This document shows, one piece after another, positions 56,721-64,000 of a stretch of 64,000 nt of DNA; positions within the stretch are counted from its first letter, which is position 1; each line of letters begins with the position of its first letter. Below the pieces are notes generated by a model, which did no database searches, was not told the origin of the DNA, and saw only the letters and a list, made by a program, of their open reading frames with translations. Location: positions 6,540 to 70,539 of the forward strand of contig CAYQDR010000006.1 of assembly GCA_964416315.1 (NCBI GenBank), read 5' to 3'. The translations under genes were made by a program, and so were the position numbers. The stretch is from an uncultured bacterium. Its GTDB lineage: Bacteria; Methylomirabilota; Methylomirabilia; Rokubacteriales; DASRDR01.

Positions 56721-57979
56721 GCCGCGGCGCGCTCGCGCCGCGCCGCGCCGGCGCGCTCGAGGAGCAGGGCGACGTGACCGCCGCCCCGCGCGAGGCCGTG
56801 GACGAGCACGGTCTGGGCGGAGCGTGACCCGGCCCCGCCGTTCGTCGCGAAGGCGAAGCCCCCCCGCACCGGCGTCCGGAGGTCGGGGAGCGGTGGGAGC
56901 CGCCCGCCGCCGAGCGTCGCGACCGCCGCACCCGCCACGGCGAGCACCCCGAGGCCGGCGTGGTCGCCGGCGAGCGGCGTCAGCGCGGTGAGCCGGGGCC
57001 CGGACGCACCCGGCGTCCCGAAGACCACCCCGATCAGGTCCAGCTCGCACACGTCTTGGGTCGGGTCCCCGCTCCCCGTGAGGTAGACGGCGTCCACCTC
57101 CGCCGGCTCGCGGCCGGCTCCCGCGAGGGCGCGGCGGATCACGGCCGGCGCGCGGCGGCGCCGCGTCGGGAACCCGTGGGCCGGCGCCGGCAGGTTGCCC
57201 CAGGCCACGCCCGTGAGGTCCGCGTAGACGCGCGCGCCGCGCGCCCGCGCGCTGTCCTCGGTCTCGAGCAGCACGGTCGTGGCGCCCTCGCCGAGCACCG
57301 TGCCGTTGGCGCGTCGGTCGAACGGCCAGCACCCCTCGGGCCCCGCCCCGCGCGGCGACGTCGTCCCGAGCCGCGTCAGCTCGCGGAAGACGATCGGGCA
57401 CAGCTCGTCCACGCCGCCGGCGAGGACCGCCGGGGCCCGCCCCGCCGCGACGAGGCCGGCCGCGCGAGCCACGGCCAGCTCGCCCGCGATCCCCGCCTGG
57501 TTCACCGTCAGCATGGGCCCGCGCGCCCCCAGGTTGATCGCCGCGAGCGCGGCCATCGCGTTCATGACCGTGTTCGGGAAGATCATCGGCGAGAGCCCCA
57601 GCGGGCCGCGGGCGAGGTAGCCCCGCGCGAACTCCTCCGACGACCGGAAGTCGCCCCACTGGGAGCCCAGGACGAGCCCGAGCCCCGGCAGCGCGCCGGC
57701 CTCGACGCCCGCGTCGGCCATCGCCAGTCGGCACGCGACCACGGCGAGCTGGCACACCCGGGAGAGCCGCCGCACCTCCTCCGGGGTCAGGTAGGGCGTG
57801 AGATCCCCGACCTCGGCGCCCAGGTGGCTCCGGAGGCCCGCAGTCGGGAAGGCCCGGATCGGCCCGATGGCGGGCGTCCGCGCCAGGGCCTCCACCACGT
57901 CGGCGCCAACGCCGACGCCGAGCGCGCTGACGGTGCCGACACCGGTCACGAACACCCGATGCCTCGGCTCAGGCGGCAC
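56717..57979 (-). CDS. beta-ketoacyl synthase-like protein lacking the active-site Cys (chain-length-factor-like)
   Basis: KAS fold (RVFVTGVGTVS...) but active-site region reads TVNQAGIAGE instead of ACSSG. Confidence 0.65.
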   Translation of the reverse strand: MPPEPRHRVFVTGVGTVSALGVGVGADVVEALARTPAIGPIRAFPTAGLRSHLGAEVGDLTPYLTPEEVRRLSRVCQLAVVACRLAMADAGVEAGALPGLGLVLGSQWGDFRSSEEFARGYLARGPLGLSPMIFPNTVMNAMAALAAINLGARGPMLTVNQAGIAGELAVARAAGLVAAGRAPAVLAGGVDELCPIVFRELTRLGTTSPRGAGPEGCWPFDRRANGTVLGEGATTVLLETEDSARARGARVYADLTGVAWGNLPAPAHGFPTRRRRAPAVIRRALAGAGREPAEVDAVYLTGSGDPTQDVCELDLIGVVFGTPGASGPRLTALTPLAGDHAGLGVLAVAGAAVATLGGGRLPPLPDLRTPVRGGFAFATNGGAGSRSAQTVLVHGLARGGGHVALLLERAGAARRERAAA

Positions 57980-59192
57980 CGGTCCCCCGACGGTCCGGGA
58001 TCCGGCGGAAGAGCAGGCTGAGGTTCTGCCCGCCGAACCCGAGCGAGTTGGACATGGCGTACTCGAGGCGGACTCGCCTGGCCGCGCCCGCGACGCACTC
58101 GAACGGGATCTCGGGGTCCGGCTCGCGGAGGTTCGCGGTCGGGGGGACCACGCCGTGGACGAGCGTCAGGACCGTCGAGACCGCCTCGAGCGCGCCCGCG
58201 GCCGCCATGGTGTGGCCGATGAGCGACTTGTTCGCGGTGAGGAGGACCGACTCCGGCCCGAAGACCTTCCGGATCGCGAGCGCCTCGGCCTGGTCGTTCT
58301 GCACCGTGCCCGTCCCGTGGGCGTTGACGTGACCGACGGCGGCGGCTGGGACGCCGGCCCGCTCGAGCGCCTCCACCATCGCCCGGGCGCTCCCCTCGCC
58401 GTCGGGGTGGGGCGCGGTCATGTGATGGGCGTCGGTCGTCAGGCCGTAGCCGGCGAGCTCGACGTAGGGGCGCGCCCCGCGCGCAGCCGCGCGCGCCGCG
58501 TCCTCGAGGACGACGAACCCCGCGCCCTCGCCGAGCGACATCCCGCGGCGGTCGCGCGAGAACGGGCGGCACGGCTCCGGGTCGAGAAGCTTCAGGGCGT
58601 TGAAGCCCATGAAGCAGATCCGCGTGAGCGCATCCACGCCGCCGGCCAGCGCGATCGGGGTCACCCCGGTCTCGATGAGGTCGGCGGCGAGCCCGATCGC
58701 AGCGCTCCCCGAGCTGCACGCGAGGACCACCGTCTCCTTGGGACCGGTCGTCTGGTATCGCCGCGCCAGAAGCTCGGCGTGCGCCGTGGGCAGCACGGTG
58801 CGCAGCGCCGTCCGGCGCGCCGGGTCGTCCACGCCCTCGCGCTGGAGTCGCCAGTACCAGGTCTCGACCTCCAGCATGCCCCCGCCGATGCCGCCGACGA
58901 CGATCCCCGCCGGGGCGAGCTCGGCGCGCGTGAGGCCGGCGTCGGTGATGGCCTCGTCCGCCGCCGCGATGGCCAGCCGGTCCCCGCGCGGGCGGCGCCG
59001 GGAGGCCCGGCGGATCGCCACGTCCGGCGGCACCTCGGCGGCGATGCGCGAGCGGAACCCGTCGGTCTCGAAGAGCGTCACGGGCCCGATCACGCATCGG
59101 CCGGCGACGAGACCAGCCCAGAACGCCTCCTGCCCCAGCCCGTACGGGCTCGTGACCCCGACCCCGGTGACGACGACGCGCGGTCGAGTCAT
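57969..59192 (-). CDS. beta-ketoacyl-ACP synthase II-like (active)
   Basis: RVVVTGVGVTSP, active Cys VLACSSGSAAIG, HGTGT and SLIGHT motifs. Confidence 0.85.
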   Translation of the reverse strand: MTRPRVVVTGVGVTSPYGLGQEAFWAGLVAGRCVIGPVTLFETDGFRSRIAAEVPPDVAIRRASRRRPRGDRLAIAAADEAITDAGLTRAELAPAGIVVGGIGGGMLEVETWYWRLQREGVDDPARRTALRTVLPTAHAELLARRYQTTGPKETVVLACSSGSAAIGLAADLIETGVTPIALAGGVDALTRICFMGFNALKLLDPEPCRPFSRDRRGMSLGEGAGFVVLEDAARAAARGARPYVELAGYGLTTDAHHMTAPHPDGEGSARAMVEALERAGVPAAAVGHVNAHGTGTVQNDQAEALAIRKVFGPESVLLTANKSLIGHTMAAAGALEAVSTVLTLVHGVVPPTANLREPDPEIPFECVAGAARRVRLEYAMSNSLGFGGQNLSLLFRRIPDRRGTGAA

Positions 59193-59243
59193 TCGAGACC
59201 CCCCGCACCCCCGTCCCCTCCCACCCTTCGGGGGGAGGGGGGG
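59188..59243. repeat. G-rich 5'-UTR element copy 1 (GTCATTCGAGACCCCCCGCACCCCCGYCCCCTCCCACCCTTCGGGGGGAGGGG); contains the KAS start codon context
   Basis: tandem copy at 59277-59330, third partial at 59388-59406. Confidence 0.65.
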
Positions 59244-59276
59244 ACGCGCGGCCCTCGGCCCGCTCGCCCCCGGTGG

Positions 59277-59330
59277 GTCATTCGAGACCCCCCGCACCCC
59301 CGCCCCCTCCCACCCTTCGGGGGGAGGGGA
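59277..59330. repeat. G-rich 5'-UTR element copy 2
   Basis: see 59188-59243. Confidence 0.65.
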
Positions 59331-59421
59331 GCCCGGCGCTGCAGGCGCTCCTCGAGACGCCCAGGCGTGACGCCGCCTCCCTCATGCGGGTCCCCCGCAC
59401 CCCCGGTTGACACCGGGTGTC

Positions 59422-59709
59422 TCACAGGGCCTCTCCCCGACCCTGCTCCCGCACGAAGCGGGCGAGCGCCCCCAGCGTGGCGAAGTGCGCCTGGACATGG
59501 ACATCCTCACCCTCCTCCACCACGACCCCGAAGCGCTCCTCCAGCGCGATGGCCAGCTCGATGAAGTCGAGCGAGTCCAGGCCGAGCGATCCCTCGACCC
59601 CCTTGGGCAACGGCGTCTCCGGGGAAATCGCCGCGACCGTCTTCGGGTCGAACCGAAGCCGCTTGACGACGATGTCTCGAAGCTCGTCGAGGATCGCCCG
59701 CTCGTCCAT
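59422..59709 (-). CDS. acyl carrier protein
   Basis: 95 aa with LGLDSLDFIELA phosphopantetheine-attachment motif; GAGGAGG SD. Confidence 0.85.
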   Translation of the reverse strand: MDERAILDELRDIVVKRLRFDPKTVAAISPETPLPKGVEGSLGLDSLDFIELAIALEERFGVVVEEGEDVHVQAHFATLGALARFVREQGRGEAL

Positions 59710-59730
59710 CCGTCCTCCTCGGATTCCCGG

Positions 59731-60705
59731 TTACAAGGGCCAGAGCATCGCCGCGTAGTCCTGGCGCCACGCCGCCGTCGCGAGGCACGGGCCTTCGAGG
59801 CCCGACGCCCGCGCCCGGGCGAGGCCGATCAGGGGTCCGGACGCGAACGCCTCGCCGAGGTCGCCCACTCCCACGCGCGTCGCCGCCACGCCGCGCGCGG
59901 CGAGCGCCGCGGCCTCGAAGCGCCCGGGTCCGCGCCCCGGGACGCACCCGGCCAGCGTCCGCGGCCGACGATCCCGGAGGACCGCCTCGAGCACGGCGGC
60001 GACGGACCCGGACGCCTCCCGTCCCGACGCGGCGGCAGACGCCCAGGCGAGCGGCTCGCCCCCGCCGGGCTCGACCAGGAGGCACGCGGCGCTCTCGATC
60101 AGAGGCCCGGCGTAGAGGCGCCGCGCGCGGGTGAAGAGGTCCCACACCTCGTGCACGGCCTCGACGGCCAGGACGAGGACGCGGTCCGCCACGCCGTCCG
60201 CGAGCCAGCGCGCGGCGACCCAGAGCCCCTGGAGGGCGGTCGGACCGCCCCCCATGAGGTTCACGTACGGCCCGCGGATCCCGTACTCGATCGTGACCTC
60301 CGCGGGCACGGCGCTCGGCGCCGTGTACGGGAAGTGGAGCGTCGTCGAGCCCTCGTCCTCGAGGAATGCCCGGTTCGCCGACGCGTACGCGGTCGCGCTC
60401 GCGTACAGCACCCCCGTGCGGGGGCCCGCCAGCGCCGCCGTGTCGAGCCCCGCGTCCCGGGCCGCCGCCCGGACGGCCGCGACGCCGAGGAGGCACTCGC
60501 GGGTCGCGCGCCGGAAGCGCTCCCCGGCGAACGCGGGCGTGGGCACGGCAACCAGGCCGCGCGCCCCCTCGGGACCCGCGGCGTCGGGCGCCGCCAGGCC
60601 CTCGCCCCAGCCCGTGAGGATGCCGGCGCCGCGGATCACCGGGGCCGGCGCCTGGGCGACCGGCACCGCGTGACGGACCTCGCGCTCGACGGTCGCCGGC
60701 GTCAT
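59731..60705 (-). CDS. beta-ketoacyl synthase-like protein lacking active-site Cys (CLF-like partner)
   Basis: KAS-fold similarity; active-site position reads LYASATAYASA; ATGA overlap with upstream KAS. Confidence 0.55.
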   Translation of the reverse strand: MTPATVEREVRHAVPVAQAPAPVIRGAGILTGWGEGLAAPDAAGPEGARGLVAVPTPAFAGERFRRATRECLLGVAAVRAAARDAGLDTAALAGPRTGVLYASATAYASANRAFLEDEGSTTLHFPYTAPSAVPAEVTIEYGIRGPYVNLMGGGPTALQGLWVAARWLADGVADRVLVLAVEAVHEVWDLFTRARRLYAGPLIESAACLLVEPGGGEPLAWASAAASGREASGSVAAVLEAVLRDRRPRTLAGCVPGRGPGRFEAAALAARGVAATRVGVGDLGEAFASGPLIGLARARASGLEGPCLATAAWRQDYAAMLWPL

Positions 60706-61919
60706 GCCGCCGCCAGGACCAGGGCGGCGTTGCAGCCGCCGAAGCCGAGGGAGGTGGACAGGCTGACGCGGGGCCGGTGGCGCCGCGCCTGGTTCGGGAC
60801 GCAGTCGAGGTCGCAGCCCGGGTCGGCTTCGCCGTAGTTGAGGGTCGGCGGCACCTGGCCGTGACGGCCCGCGAGGAGGCACATGATCGCCTCCAGCGTG
60901 GCCGCCGCCCCCATCGTGTGGCCCAGGTGCGCCTTGATCGAATTCACCGGGATCGCATACGCGTGCCGCCCGAGGACGCGCTTGAGCACGTCGGTTTCGA
61001 CCCGGTCACTGACGGGCGTCCCCGTCCCGTGCGCGCTGACGAGGTCGACCGCCTCGGGGCCCAGCCCCGCCTCGCTGAGCGCCTGGCGAACCGCCAGCTC
61101 GAGGCCGCGCCCCTCGGGGTCCGGCGCCGTGATGTGGGCGCCATCGGCGGTGCTCGCGTGGCCGAGCAGGAGCCCGAGCGGCGCCCCGTGGCCGCGCCCC
61201 CGGGCCGCCGCGGGCCGCTCCATGACGACGACCCCTGCCCCCTCGCCCAGGAGGATGCCGCTGCGCCGCCGGTCGAAGGGCCGCACCTCGTCGCGCGTGA
61301 GCGAGCGCAGCACGTTGAAGCCCCGCTGGACGAAGCGGCAGAGGACGTCCACGCCGCCCGCGAGCGCCCAGTCGGCGCGGCCGGCCCGGAGGAGGTCGGC
61401 TGCGACGCCGAGGCTGGTCGCCCCCGACGCGCAGGCCGTCGAAACCGTGAGGACCGGACCCGCCGCGCCGAGGGCGTGCGCGAGGTTCCAGGTGGGCCCG
61501 TCGTAGAGCGACCCGAGCAGGGCTCGGACGCCGCCGTGACCGCGCAGCGCGCGTCCCGCGTCATCGATCCCGCCGAGCGCGGTGCCGATCACGACGGCCA
61601 CGCGCGCCGGATCCGGGAACCCACCAGCGAATCCGGCGCTCGTCAGCGCCTCCTCCGCTGCGCGCCGGAGGAAGCGGGAGGCACGGCAGGCGGGCGGCCG
61701 GCGTCCGTCGCGGGCGAGCGGCCCGAGGCCGCGCCCCTCGCGCGCGGCCAGCTTCTTCACCTCCCCAGCGCGCCCCACGCGCAGGTCGGCGACCGGGAAG
61801 CGCTCGATCTGCGAGATCCCGGAGACACCCGTGATGAGGCCCGCCCAGAACGCGTCGAGGTCATGCCCGATCGGGCTGACGACACCGGCGCCGGTGATGG
61901 CGATCGGCTCAGCCGCCAT
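60702..61919 (-). CDS. beta-ketoacyl-ACP synthase (active)
   Basis: IAITGAGVVSP, active Cys VSTACASGATS, SAHGTGT, KAHLGHT. Confidence 0.85.
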   Translation of the reverse strand: MAAEPIAITGAGVVSPIGHDLDAFWAGLITGVSGISQIERFPVADLRVGRAGEVKKLAAREGRGLGPLARDGRRPPACRASRFLRRAAEEALTSAGFAGGFPDPARVAVVIGTALGGIDDAGRALRGHGGVRALLGSLYDGPTWNLAHALGAAGPVLTVSTACASGATSLGVAADLLRAGRADWALAGGVDVLCRFVQRGFNVLRSLTRDEVRPFDRRRSGILLGEGAGVVVMERPAAARGRGHGAPLGLLLGHASTADGAHITAPDPEGRGLELAVRQALSEAGLGPEAVDLVSAHGTGTPVSDRVETDVLKRVLGRHAYAIPVNSIKAHLGHTMGAAATLEAIMCLLAGRHGQVPPTLNYGEADPGCDLDCVPNQARRHRPRVSLSTSLGFGGCNAALVLAAA

Positions 61920-62006
61920 GATCGTCAGACAGGGGGGAGCCCCCTCCGGGGGACCCCCTCCCTGACCCCTCCACCTGGGGGTCGCACGCTCGTGCGTTGC
62001 CCTCGC

Positions 62007-62933
62007 TCACGGCCGCTCCGAACTCCACACGTCGAAGAAGTTGAACCACTGCTCCCAGTACCCCGTGACGTAGCGCTCGAGCACGGTGACCGCGCGCGCC
62101 AGGCCCCGCTCCTCCTCGCCCCGCCTCACGTCGAACGCGGCCTCGACACACAGCCGGTACCGCCCTCCCTCGTCGAGGACACAAAACGCGGGCACGACCG
62201 GCACGCCCGCCGCTCCGGCCATGACGAACGGCCCGAGGGGGAACGCCGCCGCCGCGCCGAAGAAGGGGACGCGCCGGTCACCGCGGTCGCCCATCGCCCG
62301 GTCCATCTGGAAGGCGACGAACTCGCCCCGCCTGAGCGCGGCGACGAGCTCCACCGAGACGAGGGGGCTCGTCCGACGGACGGCGCGCAGCCCGCTATCC
62401 GGGTCGCCGTCCAGGATGGCCGCGACCCCCGGCTCTTGCTCCGGGGCCATGACGAGGTGCACGCGCCGACCGAAGGTGGCCAGCAGCCGGCCCGCGAGCT
62501 GCCAGTTGCCGAGGTGCGCCGTGACGAACACGCTGCCGCGCTCCCGCGTGAGCAACTCCCGGGCCGGCTGGTCGCACTCCACTCTGGCCACGTGTTGCCA
62601 AAGCTTCGCCGCGGGCTCGCGGTTCAGCGACAGGAGGTCGGCGAAGCACACGGCGAAACGCTGGAAGACCCGACGCACGGCCGCGTCCAGCCAGGCCCCG
62701 TCGCGCCCCGGGTGCACGCGCGCGAGGTTTCGGCCGACCGCGGCCCGCTCCACCGCGAGGCACGGGGCGAGGACGCGCGCCGCTCCCGCGGCAAGCCACC
62801 GCCGAGCCCGGCGCGGCAAGCGCGGGGCGGTCGCGAGCGCCAGCCGGTAGTAGCTTGGGCGATTGTAGGAGTGGGCATACCAGCGCGCCGGCGACGGAGT
62901 CGGCGGGGCGGCGGGCGGCGCGGCTACGCTCAT
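62007..62933 (-). CDS. lysophospholipid/lipid A-type acyltransferase (LpxL/HtrB family)
   Basis: family-like sequence incl. VFVTAHLGNWQL acyltransferase HX4D-region analogue. Confidence 0.65.
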   Translation of the reverse strand: MSVAAPPAAPPTPSPARWYAHSYNRPSYYRLALATAPRLPRRARRWLAAGAARVLAPCLAVERAAVGRNLARVHPGRDGAWLDAAVRRVFQRFAVCFADLLSLNREPAAKLWQHVARVECDQPARELLTRERGSVFVTAHLGNWQLAGRLLATFGRRVHLVMAPEQEPGVAAILDGDPDSGLRAVRRTSPLVSVELVAALRRGEFVAFQMDRAMGDRGDRRVPFFGAAAAFPLGPFVMAGAAGVPVVPAFCVLDEGGRYRLCVEAAFDVRRGEEERGLARAVTVLERYVTGYWEQWFNFFDVWSSERP

Positions 62934-63193
62934 CCGCGTACCTTCCGCCGAGACACGTCTGGCAATAGATCCCGCACGCTAGACGGCTTGTCTGCTCAGA
63001 GTCTGGACGAACCTGTCGGATTTCGGGACCCACTCGAGCCGTGGCCGAGGACCGAGCAGCTCGAGGACGCAAGCCCGAGCCGACCGGAGGCGTACGACCC
63101 AGCCTGCCCCGTTGGGGCGGGACCGGGTACCCCGCAAAGGTAGGACCGGCGAGGGCCGAGGACGAAGAGCTGCGACGGTCATCGGCCGCGGCA

Positions 63194-64000
63194 CTAGAGC
63201 AAGGGCGAGGCGAAGAGCCGGAATACGCGGATGCGGCCCGGCGGGCTGTACGGCAGCCCGGCGACCCAGAAGGCCCGCGTCGCGGGGTCGTAGCGGAACT
63301 CGAGGGGGGTGTCGGGATCGTTCGGATCGTACGCGAGAAACGCGACGCCCCCGAACCGCGGCCGGTAGTCGTAGACCAGGACCGCGTGGTTCAAGAGGTC
63401 GGGCTCGGGGAAGTTCGTGATCATCAAAGGCGCAGGCTGCCCGGCGTCCAACTCCGCCACGAGCTCCGCCGCGACACGGCTCTGGTGGCCGGCCCCCAGC
63501 GGCAGGGCGACGCGCCAGGTCCGCCAGTGGATCATGCTCAGCAGGTTCGAGTCGAACGCGGTCTTGATCGCCTCCTCCTGGGCGCGCGAGAGCGTGTAGA
63601 GATCCGGATAGCCCGGGATGACGATCCGCTCCCCGTCGCGTCGCGGCGCCTCCCAGGGCCTCTGGGCCATGACCTCTCGGCCGAGCCGCGTATACTCCCC
63701 GGGCGCCAGCGGCGGCTCCCCGGGAGCGAAGCGGGCGAAGCGGTAGAACTGGCTCGCCGCGCGCGCCATTACGATGCAGTAGTTGGCGAAGTCCACCGCC
63801 CTCTCCGGGTGCTCCCCGCGGACGAGGTTCGCGAAGGCGAACGTGTCCTGTCCCAGCTCGAACCGAGCGGCAGGCGCGGGCGTCCGGCCGCGCCCCGGCC
63901 GCGGGAGCACGGACTCGGGCCCGGCCGTAGCGCACCCCGTCAGCGCGATCCCGAAGAGGACAAGCGCCAGCCAGCGCGAGGGTCGGAACCGGCAGAGCCC
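63194..64000 (-). CDS. partial lipoprotein of unknown function (N-terminus incl. lipobox LTGC lies at window end and beyond)
   Basis: ORF 63194-63910 continues in frame to window edge; translated N-term ...LALVLFGIALTGCATAG. Confidence 0.45.
   Translation of the reverse strand, partial: GLCRFRPSRWLALVLFGIALTGCATAGPESVLPRPGRGRTPAPAARFELGQDTFAFANLVRGEHPERAVDFANYCIVMARAASQFYRFARFAPGEPPLAPGEYTRLGREVMAQRPWEAPRRDGERIVIPGYPDLYTLSRAQEEAIKTAFDSNLLSMIHWRTWRVALPLGAGHQSRVAAELVAELDAGQPAPLMITNFPEPDLLNHAVLVYDYRPRFGGVAFLAYDPNDPDTPLEFRYDPATRAFWVAGLPYSPPGRIRVFRLFASPLL

Overview
This is a 64-kb window of very high-GC DNA (roughly 70 % by eye) with a strong GC3 codon bias, frequent GTG/TTG starts and 4-nt start/stop overlaps. 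Coding is dense on both strands. I found no rRNA, tRNA, CRISPR array, transposase or integrase. I cannot place the organism more precisely than a high-GC soil-type bacterium.

Gene content, in order along the window:
- 1–1110: a partial membrane protein and two small hypothetical ORFs.
- 1097–1736: VapC(PIN)/VapB(AbrB-like) toxin–antitoxin pair.
- 1832–3568: DNA polymerase X with a PHP domain.
- 3815–7347: FKBP isomerase, an EthD-like protein, an acyl-CoA dehydrogenase and an APH-like kinase.
- 7395–7986: second VapBC module.
- 8000–11540: enolase-superfamily enzyme, aldehyde dehydrogenase, SDR.
- 11644–13913: trpE–trpG preceded by a Trp-rich leader peptide and an attenuator terminator.
- 13945–14172: a leaderless CxxC zinc-ribbon mini-protein.
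- 14283–17412: assimilatory sulfite/nitrite reductase with siroheme genes (sirC, cobA).
- 17545–18687: LLM flavin oxidoreductase.
- 18731–20616: an adenylate cyclase–TPR gene that looks internally deleted and frameshifted.
- 21410–26151: myo-inositol catabolic genes (iolC-like kinase, iolI-like isomerase, iolD, iolE). The last 40 bp of iolD are duplicated around a small structured insert.
- 26337–26817: RelE/ParE–RHH toxin–antitoxin pair.
- 27086–36362: a second SDR and two complete ABC importers (Fbp-like and Pot-like) on the minus strand, with REP-like hairpins between the binding-protein gene and the permease gene.
- 36444–40963: a minus-strand operon with an HpnJ-like B12 radical SAM protein, an HpnL-like membrane protein, a bifunctional nucleotidyltransferase/CDP-alcohol phosphatidyltransferase, and a Cof-type HAD phosphatase.
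- 41516–42874: DUF222 HNH endonuclease.
- 43029–50908: a defense-island-like block. It holds an orphan Phd antitoxin, a Type III Res-like helicase–PD-(D/E)xK nuclease carrying a C-terminal minimal nucleotidyltransferase (MNT) domain, a HEPN ORF, a beta-class Mod methyltransferase and two unknown proteins.
- 50923–54462: MacB/LolD-like ABC exporter pieces with an FAD oxidoreductase between them.
- 54679–62933: a type II FAS-like lipid/polyene cluster. It contains two active KAS genes, two Cys-less KAS-like partners, an ACP, a GT2, an FAD halogenase-like enzyme and an LpxL-like acyltransferase. The 5'-UTR in front of one KAS is duplicated and very G-rich.
- 63194–64000: a partial lipoprotein.

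Two families of small GC-rich palindromic (REP-like) repeats and several promoter/operator candidates are also annotated. Many long ORFs in the six-frame track are antisense or shifted-frame artefacts of the high GC content and were rejected.
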